A stretch of DNA of 64,000 bases. It comes from a virus. Taxonomy: Duplodnaviria; Caudoviricetes. Below the pieces are notes generated by a model. It was not told the DNA's origin, searched no databases, and saw only the letters and a list, made by a program, of their open reading frames with translations. Shown piece after piece: positions 36,110-44,868 of this stretch (within the stretch, counting starts at the first letter, position 1; each line of letters begins with the position of its first letter). The stretch spans positions 4,351 to 68,350 of the IMG/VR virus record IMGVR_UViG_2639763148_000001. The stretch is one strand, 5' to 3'. The translations under genes and the position numbers were made by a program.

Positions 36110-37461
36110 CGGTGGTCCTTCCCGTGCTTGCGCTTCCAGAGGTCGAGGGCTTCGGCGAGGTCGTAGGCGCCGAGGGGGCCGCCGTACTGGAGCTGGTAGC
36201 GGTGGATCCCGTCGCCGGGGTCCTTGCTGCTGGCCTCGGTCCGCTTGTGGAGCTTCACGCCGGGGATGCCGCGGCCGTACTTCGCGCTGTTGGGGCGGTC
36301 GGTGAACGCCGTGGTGGCCCAGCCGGTGATGCGCTTTGACAGGGACCGCTGGACGAGGAGCTGCGCTTCCCGGGTGGAGGCGGCCATCACGATCAGCTTG
36401 GCCAGGCGCCGGTAGCGGGTCCAGGAGACCGGGAAGTCGGACATCAGGTAGGCGGTGTTCGGGTCGAACTTGGGCGGCAGGTAGGCGAACGCGCCGATCA
36501 GCTTCCCGTCCACGGCCACGCCGCACGCGATCAGCGGCGACCCCGGCTTGATCGTCTTGGACATGAACTGCGAGCGGACGGCGGCGAACTGGCCGCCCGT
36601 GAGGACATGGAGCGTCATCCGGTCGCCGAGTTCCTCGTCGGCGCCGATCTTCGGCATCGGGATCGGCTCGGTGGGCTGGTGGGGGCGGACGATGCGGCGG
36701 GGGCCGGCGGCGGCGTACACGTAGATCGGCAGGCCGCGGTTCGCGGTCTGGACGACTCCGGCGAGCTGGTCGCGGAGCTCCGGGCGTTCGATGTGGAGGC
36801 CAAGGACCCAGTTCGGCCGGTCTTGGACCTGCTCGATGATCCGTTCCTTGCCCGCCTCGTCGAGTTCGCCGAACGTCGGCTCGGGCCAGGAGAATGCCGC
36901 GTCGATCGGCGCGAACTGGCCCTGGTAGTCCTTTGAGTAGAACGGGGGAAACATGACGACCGGCGCCTCCGGGGGCACGGCGTCGTCGAGGTAGTCGCGG
37001 ACGTCGCCGGCGTAGAACGAGCCGAGGCTGGTCTCTAGGCCGCGGAGCTTCGTGGAGGTCTTCTCGTGCATGCGGGGCCACTGCTCCTGGGTGGCCTGCA
37101 TCATGCGGCGGAAGTAGGCGCCCTCCTTGCCTACCCATTGGAGGAAGCGGGTGCCGAGCATCAGCGTCGCCATCAGGTCGGCGCGGTCCTCCGTGTAGGG
37201 CTTGAGCCAGCCCAGTTCTTCCTCGTACTCGGGGCGCAGAACGTACTCGAGCTCCTCGCCGGCCAGGAACCAGCCCAGGGCGCATGAGTAGGCCTGGATG
37301 TCGTTGCCGTGAACGCGCCGCGCGTTCCCGAACCGGGCGTGGAGGACTCGCTCGATGGTGAAGTTCCCGGAGCAGCCGACGTAGATGTCCTCGCCGGGCC
37401 AGGTTCCGGCGTGCTCGTAGATGATCGACCGGAGCGGGGCGGGGATGGAGCCGTGGAACAT
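36106..37461 (-). CDS. Putative DNA-modification enzyme: adenine-MTase-like domain + C-terminal GNAT/Mom-like domain
   Basis: 'YVGCSGNFTIE', 'HGND', 'FPPFY' MTase-like motifs; C-terminal 'VDGKLIG...RYRRLAKL...SAKYGRG'. Confidence 0.6.
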   Translation of the reverse strand: MFHGSIPAPLRSIIYEHAGTWPGEDIYVGCSGNFTIERVLHARFGNARRVHGNDIQAYSCALGWFLAGEELEYVLRPEYEEELGWLKPYTEDRADLMATLMLGTRFLQWVGKEGAYFRRMMQATQEQWPRMHEKTSTKLRGLETSLGSFYAGDVRDYLDDAVPPEAPVVMFPPFYSKDYQGQFAPIDAAFSWPEPTFGELDEAGKERIIEQVQDRPNWVLGLHIERPELRDQLAGVVQTANRGLPIYVYAAAGPRRIVRPHQPTEPIPMPKIGADEELGDRMTLHVLTGGQFAAVRSQFMSKTIKPGSPLIACGVAVDGKLIGAFAYLPPKFDPNTAYLMSDFPVSWTRYRRLAKLIVMAASTREAQLLVQRSLSKRITGWATTAFTDRPNSAKYGRGIPGVKLHKRTEASSKDPGDGIHRYQLQYGGPLGAYDLAEALDLWKRKHGKDHR

Positions 37462-37580
37462 GGGCTGCTCCTGGTGGTCGGCGTGCGGGGTGGCCGCGCC
37501 GGGGCGGCTGTGGCCGGGGCGGGATGGTAGCTGACCAGGGTGCGGCCGGGCCGTGTTGGTGCAGGCCAGGGCCGGACATG

Positions 37581-37615
37581 ACGAAGCCCCCGGGGACCGC
37601 GTCCGGGGGCTTCGT
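37581..37615. terminator. Hairpin downstream of the tRNA
   Basis: ACGAAGCCCCCGG...CCGGGGGCTTCGT, 13-bp stem. Confidence 0.75.
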
Positions 37616-37619
37616 GGAG

Positions 37620-37690
37620 AGCGCCGGCCAGGATTCGCACCTGGACCTCCCGACTGGAAGTCGGGTGTGCTGCTGTTGCACCACCAGCGC
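37620..37690 (-). tRNA. tRNA-Gly(TCC), atypical D- and T-loops
   Basis: Cloverleaf: GCGCTGG/CCGGCGC, GTGC/GCAC, CCCGA-CT TCC AG-TCGGG, CCAGG-TGCGAAT-CCTGG, U73; upstream -10 TAGCAT. Confidence 0.85.
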
Positions 37691-37741
37691 AGTGCCTGGC
37701 CGCGCCGCTGCTAAGGACGACCGGGCGAGAGCGATGCTACA

Positions 37742-38590
37742 TCACACTCTGTGATCAGTCTGGTGTGCGTCTGTGACCACCTGTTGGCGGCCGGGGTGGA
37801 GGGGTAGGGCTCGCCGGGGTACGGGCTTAGATCGGCTGGTGGGGGGCTTGCTCGCGTGGCAGTGAGCGCCCATGGGGTCAGCGGGCATGGCCGCGAACAG
37901 GCCGTCCTGAACGGGCTCGGCCCGGGCCGCCTCCGGGGCCGGGGTGGTGTGGTCGAGGTGCTGTGCGAGCGTCCAGCCGAGCCACTTCCAGTCGGGGAGC
38001 AGGTCCCAGACGCCGCCTTCCAGCCGGACGATGGTGTGGCCGGCGGCGCGGGCGGCGCGACGGGGGCCATCGTCGAGGATCATCGCGTCGGCGCGGACCT
38101 GGTGGACGGTGCCGTCGAGGAGCAGCCACACCTCGCACTTCGGGCGGCCGATGCGGGTGACGAGGGCGAGCTGGTGGATGTCGCCCCATCCGGGGTGGAG
38201 GCCGCCGGGCTTGACCCATACGCACATGCCGGGCTGGACGTCGCCGGCGGCCGCGGGTTGGTGGCGTGGGAGGGCGGGGCGCTGGCGGACGGGCCGGTGC
38301 GGCTTGGCCGGGTAGTAGTGGGACGGCGGGTAGTGGGGTGGGCGTCCGGCCGCGTCGGACTCGGCCTTGGCGGCGACGGCCTCGGCCTCGGTGTGGCAGC
38401 GGGGGCCGATGTGCCAGCTGCGGGGGCCGCGGGCCTCGCGCCAGGTGTCGCTGCCGCACGTGCACGGGATGCGGACGAGGTGGGGGGCGAGGGGCGGGCA
38501 CGGCCAGGCCGTCGCGCACGCGCGGCACGTCCAGTGGTCGCCGATCGAGGGGAGGTGGTCTGTGACGAGGCGGGGCGTCCAGGTGCTCAT
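37742..38590 (-). CDS. Hypothetical Cys/His-containing protein
   Basis: 'CRACATAWPC' motif; start uncertain. Confidence 0.55.
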   Translation of the reverse strand: MSTWTPRLVTDHLPSIGDHWTCRACATAWPCPPLAPHLVRIPCTCGSDTWREARGPRSWHIGPRCHTEAEAVAAKAESDAAGRPPHYPPSHYYPAKPHRPVRQRPALPRHQPAAAGDVQPGMCVWVKPGGLHPGWGDIHQLALVTRIGRPKCEVWLLLDGTVHQVRADAMILDDGPRRAARAAGHTIVRLEGGVWDLLPDWKWLGWTLAQHLDHTTPAPEAARAEPVQDGLFAAMPADPMGAHCHASKPPTSRSKPVPRRALPLHPGRQQVVTDAHQTDHRV

Positions 38591-38814
38591 CAGGGGTTTT
38601 CCGTTCGGGTGGGGCCTCGGTCGGGTGGCCATTTGCCTTCCTTCCGGGGTGGGGTGAGTGGTGGTTTGGTGTGCTGGGCGGGCTTGGTGGGGCCTGTGGG
38701 CGCCTCGTTTCCGCCGCGTGGGGGGTGGTGAGCTTGGGCGGGTGGGGCGCTTAGAACCGCTTGTGGGGCCCTGGCCGTTGTTCGGCCGGGGCCCCACGGG
38801 CCGTTCGGTTCCGG

Positions 38815-39489
38815 TCAGCCGGCCGGGGAGCTCTTGCAGGGCCAGCACACCTGCATGGCCTCGGCCGCGTAGACCAGGGCCTGGGCGCCGGTCTCGAAGT
38901 GCGCCGCGTCCTTGGGGTTGCACTCGCAGCGGTCGTGCAGGAGACCGGCCTTGACCGTGTGGAACACGGCCTCGCTACCCGCTTCGATCGTCTCCTCCTC
39001 GCCGTCCTGGCCGATGACGTCGTAGAGGGCGGGTTCCCCGGCGGTCTCAGCCGGGCGGATGCGGACCAGGCGGGCGATCCGGTCGGGGGTGATGATGAGC
39101 GTCAGCTCGTCTACGGTCTCCACCGCGTACGGGGGGACGGGTTGCAGGCCGTAGATGCTCACACGGTTTTCGGCGATCTCGGCTGCGCGGGCCCTGCGGA
39201 CGCGGGCGACTTCGAGGAAGGCCATGCCGACCGCTTCCCGGCGGGTCGTGGCGTCGGCCCAGACCCTGCGGTCGCCGTCGACGTCTCGGACTTCCCAACC
39301 GCCCTCGGGCTTCCGGTAGACGGCCATCTGGGAGTTGACGACGTGCAGGCTGGCGTGGATGTCGTGAGGGAACGTGCCCGGGACGGTGAAGAGGTAGCCC
39401 CAGCTGCCGAAGGGGAGGTGGGCGGGGAAGCGGTCGGCGCTGTAGCGGGTGAGAGGGGCCTGGCTGGCGGTGTCGAGGATGTCGGTCAT
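38815..39489 (-). CDS. Hypothetical protein (224 aa)
   Basis: High-GC3 ORF with SD. Confidence 0.65.
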   Translation of the reverse strand: MTDILDTASQAPLTRYSADRFPAHLPFGSWGYLFTVPGTFPHDIHASLHVVNSQMAVYRKPEGGWEVRDVDGDRRVWADATTRREAVGMAFLEVARVRRARAAEIAENRVSIYGLQPVPPYAVETVDELTLIITPDRIARLVRIRPAETAGEPALYDVIGQDGEEETIEAGSEAVFHTVKAGLLHDRCECNPKDAAHFETGAQALVYAAEAMQVCWPCKSSPAG

Positions 39490-39559
39490 GGCAGGTTCTT
39501 CCGTTCGGTGCGGGTGGCGGGGTGGGCGGGGCCGGATGGGGCCCCGCCCGGGGGCCGGG

Positions 39560-40507
39560 CTAGAACGGGGCGGGGCAGGAGTCGCAGCGTCGGGCCGGGG
39601 TGCACGTGGCGTGCGTGGGGGTCGTGGTGCCGTCCCGGCCGACGTGCAGGCAGTGGAGGCAGTCGGCCGGGTGGTGCCAGTTCCCGGCGAGGATGCCGAG
39701 AACCTCGTTCAGGGAGCCGGCCTGGATGACGCGGTAGCCGTGATGGGCCGCGTCGTCGGTGGAGCCGGTGGGGACGATGACGGTGTCGGTGCCGGTCGTC
39801 GGGAGCAGGGCGTGCAGGTACTCCATGCCGCGCGGGACGCGGAGTCGGCCGTCGAGGCCGAGCTCGCCGACGAGGGTGACTCCGGCCAGGGCGTCCGGGT
39901 GGATGTCGCCGGCTGCCGCGAGGGTCGCGCAGGCGATGGCGAGGTCGAGGGCCGAGCCCGCGACCTTGGTGGACTGGCCGATGCGGGTGACCTGGACGTA
40001 CACGTTGGTGAGGGGCCAGGTCAGGCCGCTGTTGATGATCCCGGCGCGGACGCGGTCGCGGATCTCGACGTGGTGCAGGCCGCCCAGGCCGTCCACGTTG
40101 AAGACGGGCAGGCCGGGGGTCGAGCTGGCGTGGACGTGGTAGCCGGAGTCCCAGGCGGTGCCGATGGCGTCCGCCGCGCCGTACGGCTCGGTGTCGTTCG
40201 CCGGCTGGGGCGCGGCGGGGCGGTAGTTGTCCAGGTCGCTCTTGGGGTGCAGGGCGTAGCTGTCGATGCCGGTGGTCTCGCGCCGCCGGTCGATCAGCTG
40301 GTCAACCGCGGCGCGGGGGCTGGCGGCGTACTCGGTGTGGACGGACCCGAGGGCGTCCATCGCGTCAACGCCGAGCTCTTCGAGGACGATCGCCCGCTTG
40401 GTGGGGTTGGTCGGGGCGGGCGCGACGTCCCACAGGAGGTAGCTGTCGCCCTGGTCCTGGCCGACGATGATGAACTCGCGGACGTCGGTGGTGTCGATGA
40501 TGCTCAC
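39560..40507 (-). CDS. Protein with C-terminal Mg-chelatase/ComM N-terminal (Lon-like) domain
   Basis: 'GLPVFNVDGL...EIRDRVRAGIINSGLTWP...LDLAIA...GELGLDGRLR'. Confidence 0.75.
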   Translation of the reverse strand: MSIIDTTDVREFIIVGQDQGDSYLLWDVAPAPTNPTKRAIVLEELGVDAMDALGSVHTEYAASPRAAVDQLIDRRRETTGIDSYALHPKSDLDNYRPAAPQPANDTEPYGAADAIGTAWDSGYHVHASSTPGLPVFNVDGLGGLHHVEIRDRVRAGIINSGLTWPLTNVYVQVTRIGQSTKVAGSALDLAIACATLAAAGDIHPDALAGVTLVGELGLDGRLRVPRGMEYLHALLPTTGTDTVIVPTGSTDDAAHHGYRVIQAGSLNEVLGILAGNWHHPADCLHCLHVGRDGTTTPTHATCTPARRCDSCPAPF

Positions 40508-40672
40508 GCGTGCCTCCGGTGATCTGGATTGGGCGGTACGGTGGGCCTCACACCTGGTCGGGTTGTGAGGCCCTTCGGTGCCGGGTGTTGCGGCCAGCGG
40601 GATTCCCAGTGCTTTCGCGCCCCGCTGGCCGCTCTGTCTCCCCGTGTCCCCGGGGGTAGCCGGGGGCGGGGG

Positions 40673-41215
40673 TCAGATGGTGGTGTTGGCCGCGGCGCCC
40701 TGGTTCAGGAGGGCAACCGCCTCGCGGACGTTGTGGACGCCGACCACGTCGAGGTCGAGGCCGAGCGCGCGGACGTCGTGTACCTGGGGTGCGGGGACCA
40801 GGACGGTGCGGAAGCCGGCGGCGTGGGCGGCGCGGGCACCGTCGATGGCGCTGTGGGTGATGGTCACGCGCCCGTCGAAGCACCGCAGTTCGCCGATCAG
40901 TACGGTGCTGGCGAGGGCGTCGCGGTCGACGTGGCCGGCGGTGGCGAGGATGGCGCAGGCGGCGGCCAAGTCGAGGGTGCCGGAGACGTTGCGGTGGTCG
41001 TGGACGCGGACCGTGACGGCGTCGTCGGGGAGGTCCAGGCCGTTGGCCTGGATCGCGCCCTGGATCCGCGCCTCCGGGGTGGTGTCGTACGCGTGCCAGC
41101 CGGTGATTCGGAGCGCGTCCGCCCCGGGGAGGGTGGCGGCCTCGATGGTGACCACGCCGGTCCTGGCGGCGGAGTTGGCGCGGACGGTCTTGGCGCGGGT
41201 CTGGGTGACGGCCAT
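40673..41215 (-). CDS. Stand-alone ComM N-terminal (Lon-like) domain protein
   Basis: 'RIQGAIQANG...LDLAAA...IGEL..DGRV...GFRTVLVP...VHNVREAVALL'. Confidence 0.72.
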   Translation of the reverse strand: MAVTQTRAKTVRANSAARTGVVTIEAATLPGADALRITGWHAYDTTPEARIQGAIQANGLDLPDDAVTVRVHDHRNVSGTLDLAAACAILATAGHVDRDALASTVLIGELRCFDGRVTITHSAIDGARAAHAAGFRTVLVPAPQVHDVRALGLDLDVVGVHNVREAVALLNQGAAANTTI

Positions 41216-41242
41216 GGGGGGCCTTCCTTACGCTGTGGGGTT

Positions 41243-41326
41243 TAGTGGGTAGTCACTATGACTAACGCTGATCTCTCCGGGGGGTACCGGGGAGACGCAG
41301 AGAAATCGAGAAAAGTCGCAGGTCAG
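41243..41326 (-). promoter_or_regulatory. Class-1 early promoter/operator, copy 1
   Basis: Variant GGTAC-N16-CGTT; 17-mer at 41243-41259; CTGACCTGC box. Confidence 0.7.
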
Positions 41327-41715
41327 AGGGACATCAGCGGCTGTTCGTCCTCGTAAATGGCGCCCGCGTACCGTGCGGCGTGGTCGAGGTCGGCGAAGTC
41401 GCCGCGGATCCAGCGGTTCAGCATCAGCTGCTGGTTCGCCTCACTCAGCCGGGCGACGAGGACCGCGAGGTTGACCGGCACCAGGTCCTCGTCCAGCGCG
41501 TTGCGGCCGAGGTCGATGAGGTTGAGGAGGTCGATCCGCCCGGCGACGTAAGCCGCGTCCCGGCCGTCGTACCAGCGGCCGATCTCTCGACACCCGTGGC
41601 CGGCGTTGACCAGCAGGCGGAACAGGCGGCCTTCGTCGAGCGGGGCGAGGTCGCAACCCGTCGCCTCCCGGGCGATGGCTTCGGCGAGCTGGGCGGAGAT
41701 GAGCTGTACGGGCAC
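41323..41715 (-). CDS. ParB-type HTH/C-terminal domain protein (130 aa)
   Basis: 'PLDEGRLF..L...YVAGRIDLLNL...RWIRGDF' shared with the ParB paralogs. Confidence 0.65.
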   Translation of the reverse strand: MPVQLISAQLAEAIAREATGCDLAPLDEGRLFRLLVNAGHGCREIGRWYDGRDAAYVAGRIDLLNLIDLGRNALDEDLVPVNLAVLVARLSEANQQLMLNRWIRGDFADLDHAARYAGAIYEDEQPLMSL

Positions 41716-41781
41716 GGATCCTCCAGAGGGTTCGGGGGCGGACCCGGCGGGAGCTCCCGCCGGGCCGGGGCGGACTGGCGG

Positions 41782-43668
41782 TCAGGCCGCCATGGCGTAG
41801 CGGTCGATGGGCTCACCGGTGATGCACTCGACCAGGGCGCAGAGCAGCACCTCGGCCGCCGGGGGCGTCACAGCGTTTCCGTACTGTCGAACGCGGTCCC
41901 GCTTGGTGCCGAGCACCTGGTAGTCGTCGGCGAAGGCCATCGCGCGGCCGATCTCGTGGGGCTGGAGCATCCGGAACAGCACCTTGGAGAGGTCGTACTC
42001 GCCGTCCGGGGTGACGAACGCGAACCGGTCCCGGGTGGTCATCGTTCCGGCGGGCTCGCTGACCGGCTTGGCCTGGCCGTTGCCGTAGTACGGGACGAGG
42101 AGCCCGTCCCCGGGGGTGACCAGCGACTGGTGACCGGCTGCCGTCAGGGTCCGCAGCGGCTCGCTGACCGGGGTGGACATCTGCCCGGGGTCGCCCTTGG
42201 GGGTGTTGTTCCGCATGACGAACGCGGGGGTGATCAGGCCGTGGTGGTTGCCGCCGGCCGAGACCGTGTGGAGGGGCTCGGCGATGTGGCGGGCCTTCTC
42301 CTTGTCGCCGCCGCCGCGCATCGGGATCACGAACGGGGCGTAGGCGATCGCTGTCTCCGCCCGGGCCGTCTGGGTGCGGAGCGGGTCGTCCAGCCGCATC
42401 GCCTTCTTGCCGTCGCGGCCCTCGCAAGGGATGAGCAGGGGCGGGATGACCAGGCCGTCGCTCTCGCGGGTCGTGCGGGTCGGCATCGGGCTGTCGACGC
42501 TCGTGCCGCCGGTCCGCCAGGTGCCACCGGTCGGGACGAGGAGCGGGGCCATGTGGGCGGCCTGGCCTTCGGAGTCGCCGAACAGCGCCTCCTGCGGGTC
42601 CCCTTCGGGGGTCCAGCCGGGCTTGGGCCAGAACCGGCTGACTCCCGCCCGGATGCGGGCCATGGTCGCCGGAGCCAGGCCTTCCGGGCAGTCATCGGAC
42701 TTGGGCCGGCTGCCGATCGGGGTGCCCTTGATGGACCAGTCGATCGCCGCGGCGGCCGGGAGGACGTCCGGGTCGACCAGGGCCCGGCACGAGGTCTTCG
42801 GGCACCGGTAGTCGTAGCTCGATCCGTACCGGCCCATGTCCTTGCCCGGCTGGCGGAACACCTGGAGCGCCATGACCATCTCGTCGCAGGCCGCGCAGTA
42901 CGCCTTGGGCCGCAGCCACTTGTCCCAGTCCGGGGTCCGGCCGAGGCTCTTGTGCCAGTACGCGACGTAGAGCCGGTCGCGGGACTGGGGGGCGCGGTGG
43001 ACGGACCGCGGGTCGGCGTGCATGGAGTTCAGCGCGATCACCCGCGTGCGGTAGCCCAGCTTGTGGAACTCGCGGAGCCACGCGTCCCATTCGGTCCAGG
43101 CCCGGACGTCGACCACGTTCTCGACCACACCGGCCTTGACCAGGCCACCGCGCTCGATCACGCCGCGGAGGTAGAGCGGGACTTCCTCCATCAGGGCGCG
43201 CGAGGCCTCTTCCTCGGCGGTCGGTGCGTTGTCGGGGTCCTCGCCCGTCTGGAACTTGTCCGCCTCCTGGTCCGCGTACAGGTCCAGGAGGTCACCCTGC
43301 AAGGCCTTCGCGAAGGAGCGCTTCTTGCCCTTCGCGATGGACCAGTTCGTGCATTCCGGCGAGGCCCAGAAGACGTCCGTGACGGGCCAGGCCCAGACGG
43401 GCGCCTTGCGGATGTCGCCGATGTAGTGGGCGACTCCGGGGAAGTTCATGGCGTGCGACTTGAGCGCCTGCTTCCAGTGGTTCGCGGCGCGGGCCACGCG
43501 CAGGCCGGGGACCGCGTGGGCGCCCTGGGAGGAGCCGCCGGCCCCACAGAACCAGTCCGTCACGCTCAGGTCGCCGCCATCGTGCTTGAAGGCCCTGATG
43601 CGGCGCGGAGCGTTGGCGTCCTTGGAGGCTGCCGCCCAGGAGCGGGTGGTGGAGTCGATGTAGGGCAC
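41782..43668 (-). CDS. DNA (cytosine-5) methyltransferase
   Basis: FCGAGG, SPEC, ENV, QSRDRL, GNAVTPP motifs. Confidence 0.93.
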   Translation of the reverse strand: MPYIDSTTRSWAAASKDANAPRRIRAFKHDGGDLSVTDWFCGAGGSSQGAHAVPGLRVARAANHWKQALKSHAMNFPGVAHYIGDIRKAPVWAWPVTDVFWASPECTNWSIAKGKKRSFAKALQGDLLDLYADQEADKFQTGEDPDNAPTAEEEASRALMEEVPLYLRGVIERGGLVKAGVVENVVDVRAWTEWDAWLREFHKLGYRTRVIALNSMHADPRSVHRAPQSRDRLYVAYWHKSLGRTPDWDKWLRPKAYCAACDEMVMALQVFRQPGKDMGRYGSSYDYRCPKTSCRALVDPDVLPAAAAIDWSIKGTPIGSRPKSDDCPEGLAPATMARIRAGVSRFWPKPGWTPEGDPQEALFGDSEGQAAHMAPLLVPTGGTWRTGGTSVDSPMPTRTTRESDGLVIPPLLIPCEGRDGKKAMRLDDPLRTQTARAETAIAYAPFVIPMRGGGDKEKARHIAEPLHTVSAGGNHHGLITPAFVMRNNTPKGDPGQMSTPVSEPLRTLTAAGHQSLVTPGDGLLVPYYGNGQAKPVSEPAGTMTTRDRFAFVTPDGEYDLSKVLFRMLQPHEIGRAMAFADDYQVLGTKRDRVRQYGNAVTPPAAEVLLCALVECITGEPIDRYAMAA

Positions 43669-43766
43669 GTGGGGCTCCCTTGTGAGGCTGTCGGGTGGGG
43701 CCGGGTGAGCGGGGATTCCCGCCCCCGCTCACCTGGCCGGGTGGTGCTGGGTGGAGAAGTTGATCT

Positions 43767-43826
43767 ACCTTCATCATTTCCGGCATCCATTTCGGCTAAC
43801 CGTTTTACCGAAATGGATTCCGCAAA
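43767..43826 (-). promoter_or_regulatory. Class-2 palindromic promoter/operator, copy A
   Basis: ACCTTCATCATTTCC plus 19-bp imperfect inverted repeat. Confidence 0.65.
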
Positions 43827-43847
43827 GAGATCACAAAGGAGAGCAGG

Positions 43848-44240
43848 TCAGCCCTCGTTGGGCACGAACGGGATGACCGGGCTCAGGTCGTCGTCGAGCG
43901 CGTACCAGCCCCACCCGTGGCCGCCGACCGCGTATCGGCCGTCCTCGTTGGGCTGGAGGATCTCGGTCGCCGACTCGTGGTATTCGCCGCCGAGGTGCAT
44001 CCAGCAGATACTGACCACGACCGCGTGGCTCCGGCCGCTCACGTCGCCGGCGAGGACGTGGATCGTGTCGTAGGAGCCGTGCCCGTAGCGCTCGGCGTTG
44101 GCCTGGGTGTCCTCGGCGATGCGCTGGACGGTGCCGAGGTCGAACCAGGGGCGGACGAAGCCGTCGACCTGGTCGGTGGGGTCGACCATGGCCGGGTAGC
44201 GGTCCTGGTCGTTGCAGGAGACGAGGGTCTGGAACATCAT
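43848..44240 (-). CDS. Hypothetical protein (130 aa), paralog of the N-terminus of 44869-45777
   Basis: DPT..DG..PWF, DTIHV, DGRYAVGG..W.W. Confidence 0.7.
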   Translation of the reverse strand: MMFQTLVSCNDQDRYPAMVDPTDQVDGFVRPWFDLGTVQRIAEDTQANAERYGHGSYDTIHVLAGDVSGRSHAVVVSICWMHLGGEYHESATEILQPNEDGRYAVGGHGWGWYALDDDLSPVIPFVPNEG

Positions 44241-44322
44241 CGGTTTCTCCGTGAGGTCGGTTCGGTTGGTGTGCGGTCCTGGGACGGGCGGGGATTCCCG
44301 CCCCCGCCCGTCCCGGGGTCGG

Positions 44323-44784
44323 TCAGTCGAGGGGCAGGGCGGCAGCCTTGGCGAGGTCGAGGCGCCAGACCGAGCGGCCCTCACGGTCGGGCTCGCTGGT
44401 GCACAGGGGGCGCCAGACCTCCCAGTTGCTGTCGCCGAGGTAGTTGACCCACTCGTTCATCTCGAAGACCCCGAACTGGCCGTCGTCGACACCGGGGGTG
44501 GTGGCGAAGTCGCGGGCCTCGCCGTCGGCCGTCCAGTAGCGGCCGGTGGCGTGGAGGGTGGCGCCGTCGTCTTCGACGAGTTCGAGGCCGGCCGCGTCGA
44601 ACGGGGCCTCGTGGTCGCAGTCGGTCAGGATGTCGCGGACCGCCGCGGCGACGGTCACGGCCATGGCCCGGCCGAGCCGCTCGTTCGCCTTGCGGGCCAC
44701 CTCGAGCGCCTCGTGCGCCGCGGTGGAGATGGCGCGCCCGTCGGGCAGGGGGTAGGCGGGCCGGGTGGGGGGCTGGGTGGTCAT
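44323..44784 (-). CDS. Hypothetical protein (153 aa)
   Basis: High-GC3 ORF with GAGG SD. Confidence 0.7.
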   Translation of the reverse strand: MTTQPPTRPAYPLPDGRAISTAAHEALEVARKANERLGRAMAVTVAAAVRDILTDCDHEAPFDAAGLELVEDDGATLHATGRYWTADGEARDFATTPGVDDGQFGVFEMNEWVNYLGDSNWEVWRPLCTSEPDREGRSVWRLDLAKAAALPLD

Positions 44785-44868
44785 GTGGCGTCCTCAATTC
44801 ATCCGGGTGGGGTGGAGGGGGGGGGCCCGGGACGGGCGCGGTGGGCGCCGCGTCCCGGGCCGGGCGGG

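Noticed and set aside
37495-37525. Leader CCCGGCCACAGCCGC as an antisense RNA to the leader hairpins
   Set aside because: Complementarity is only partial and GC-rich, so it is plausible by chance.
37620-37690. tRNA as a prophage attachment site
   Set aside because: Phage-like genes lie on both sides, and no duplicated 3' fragment or integrase was seen.
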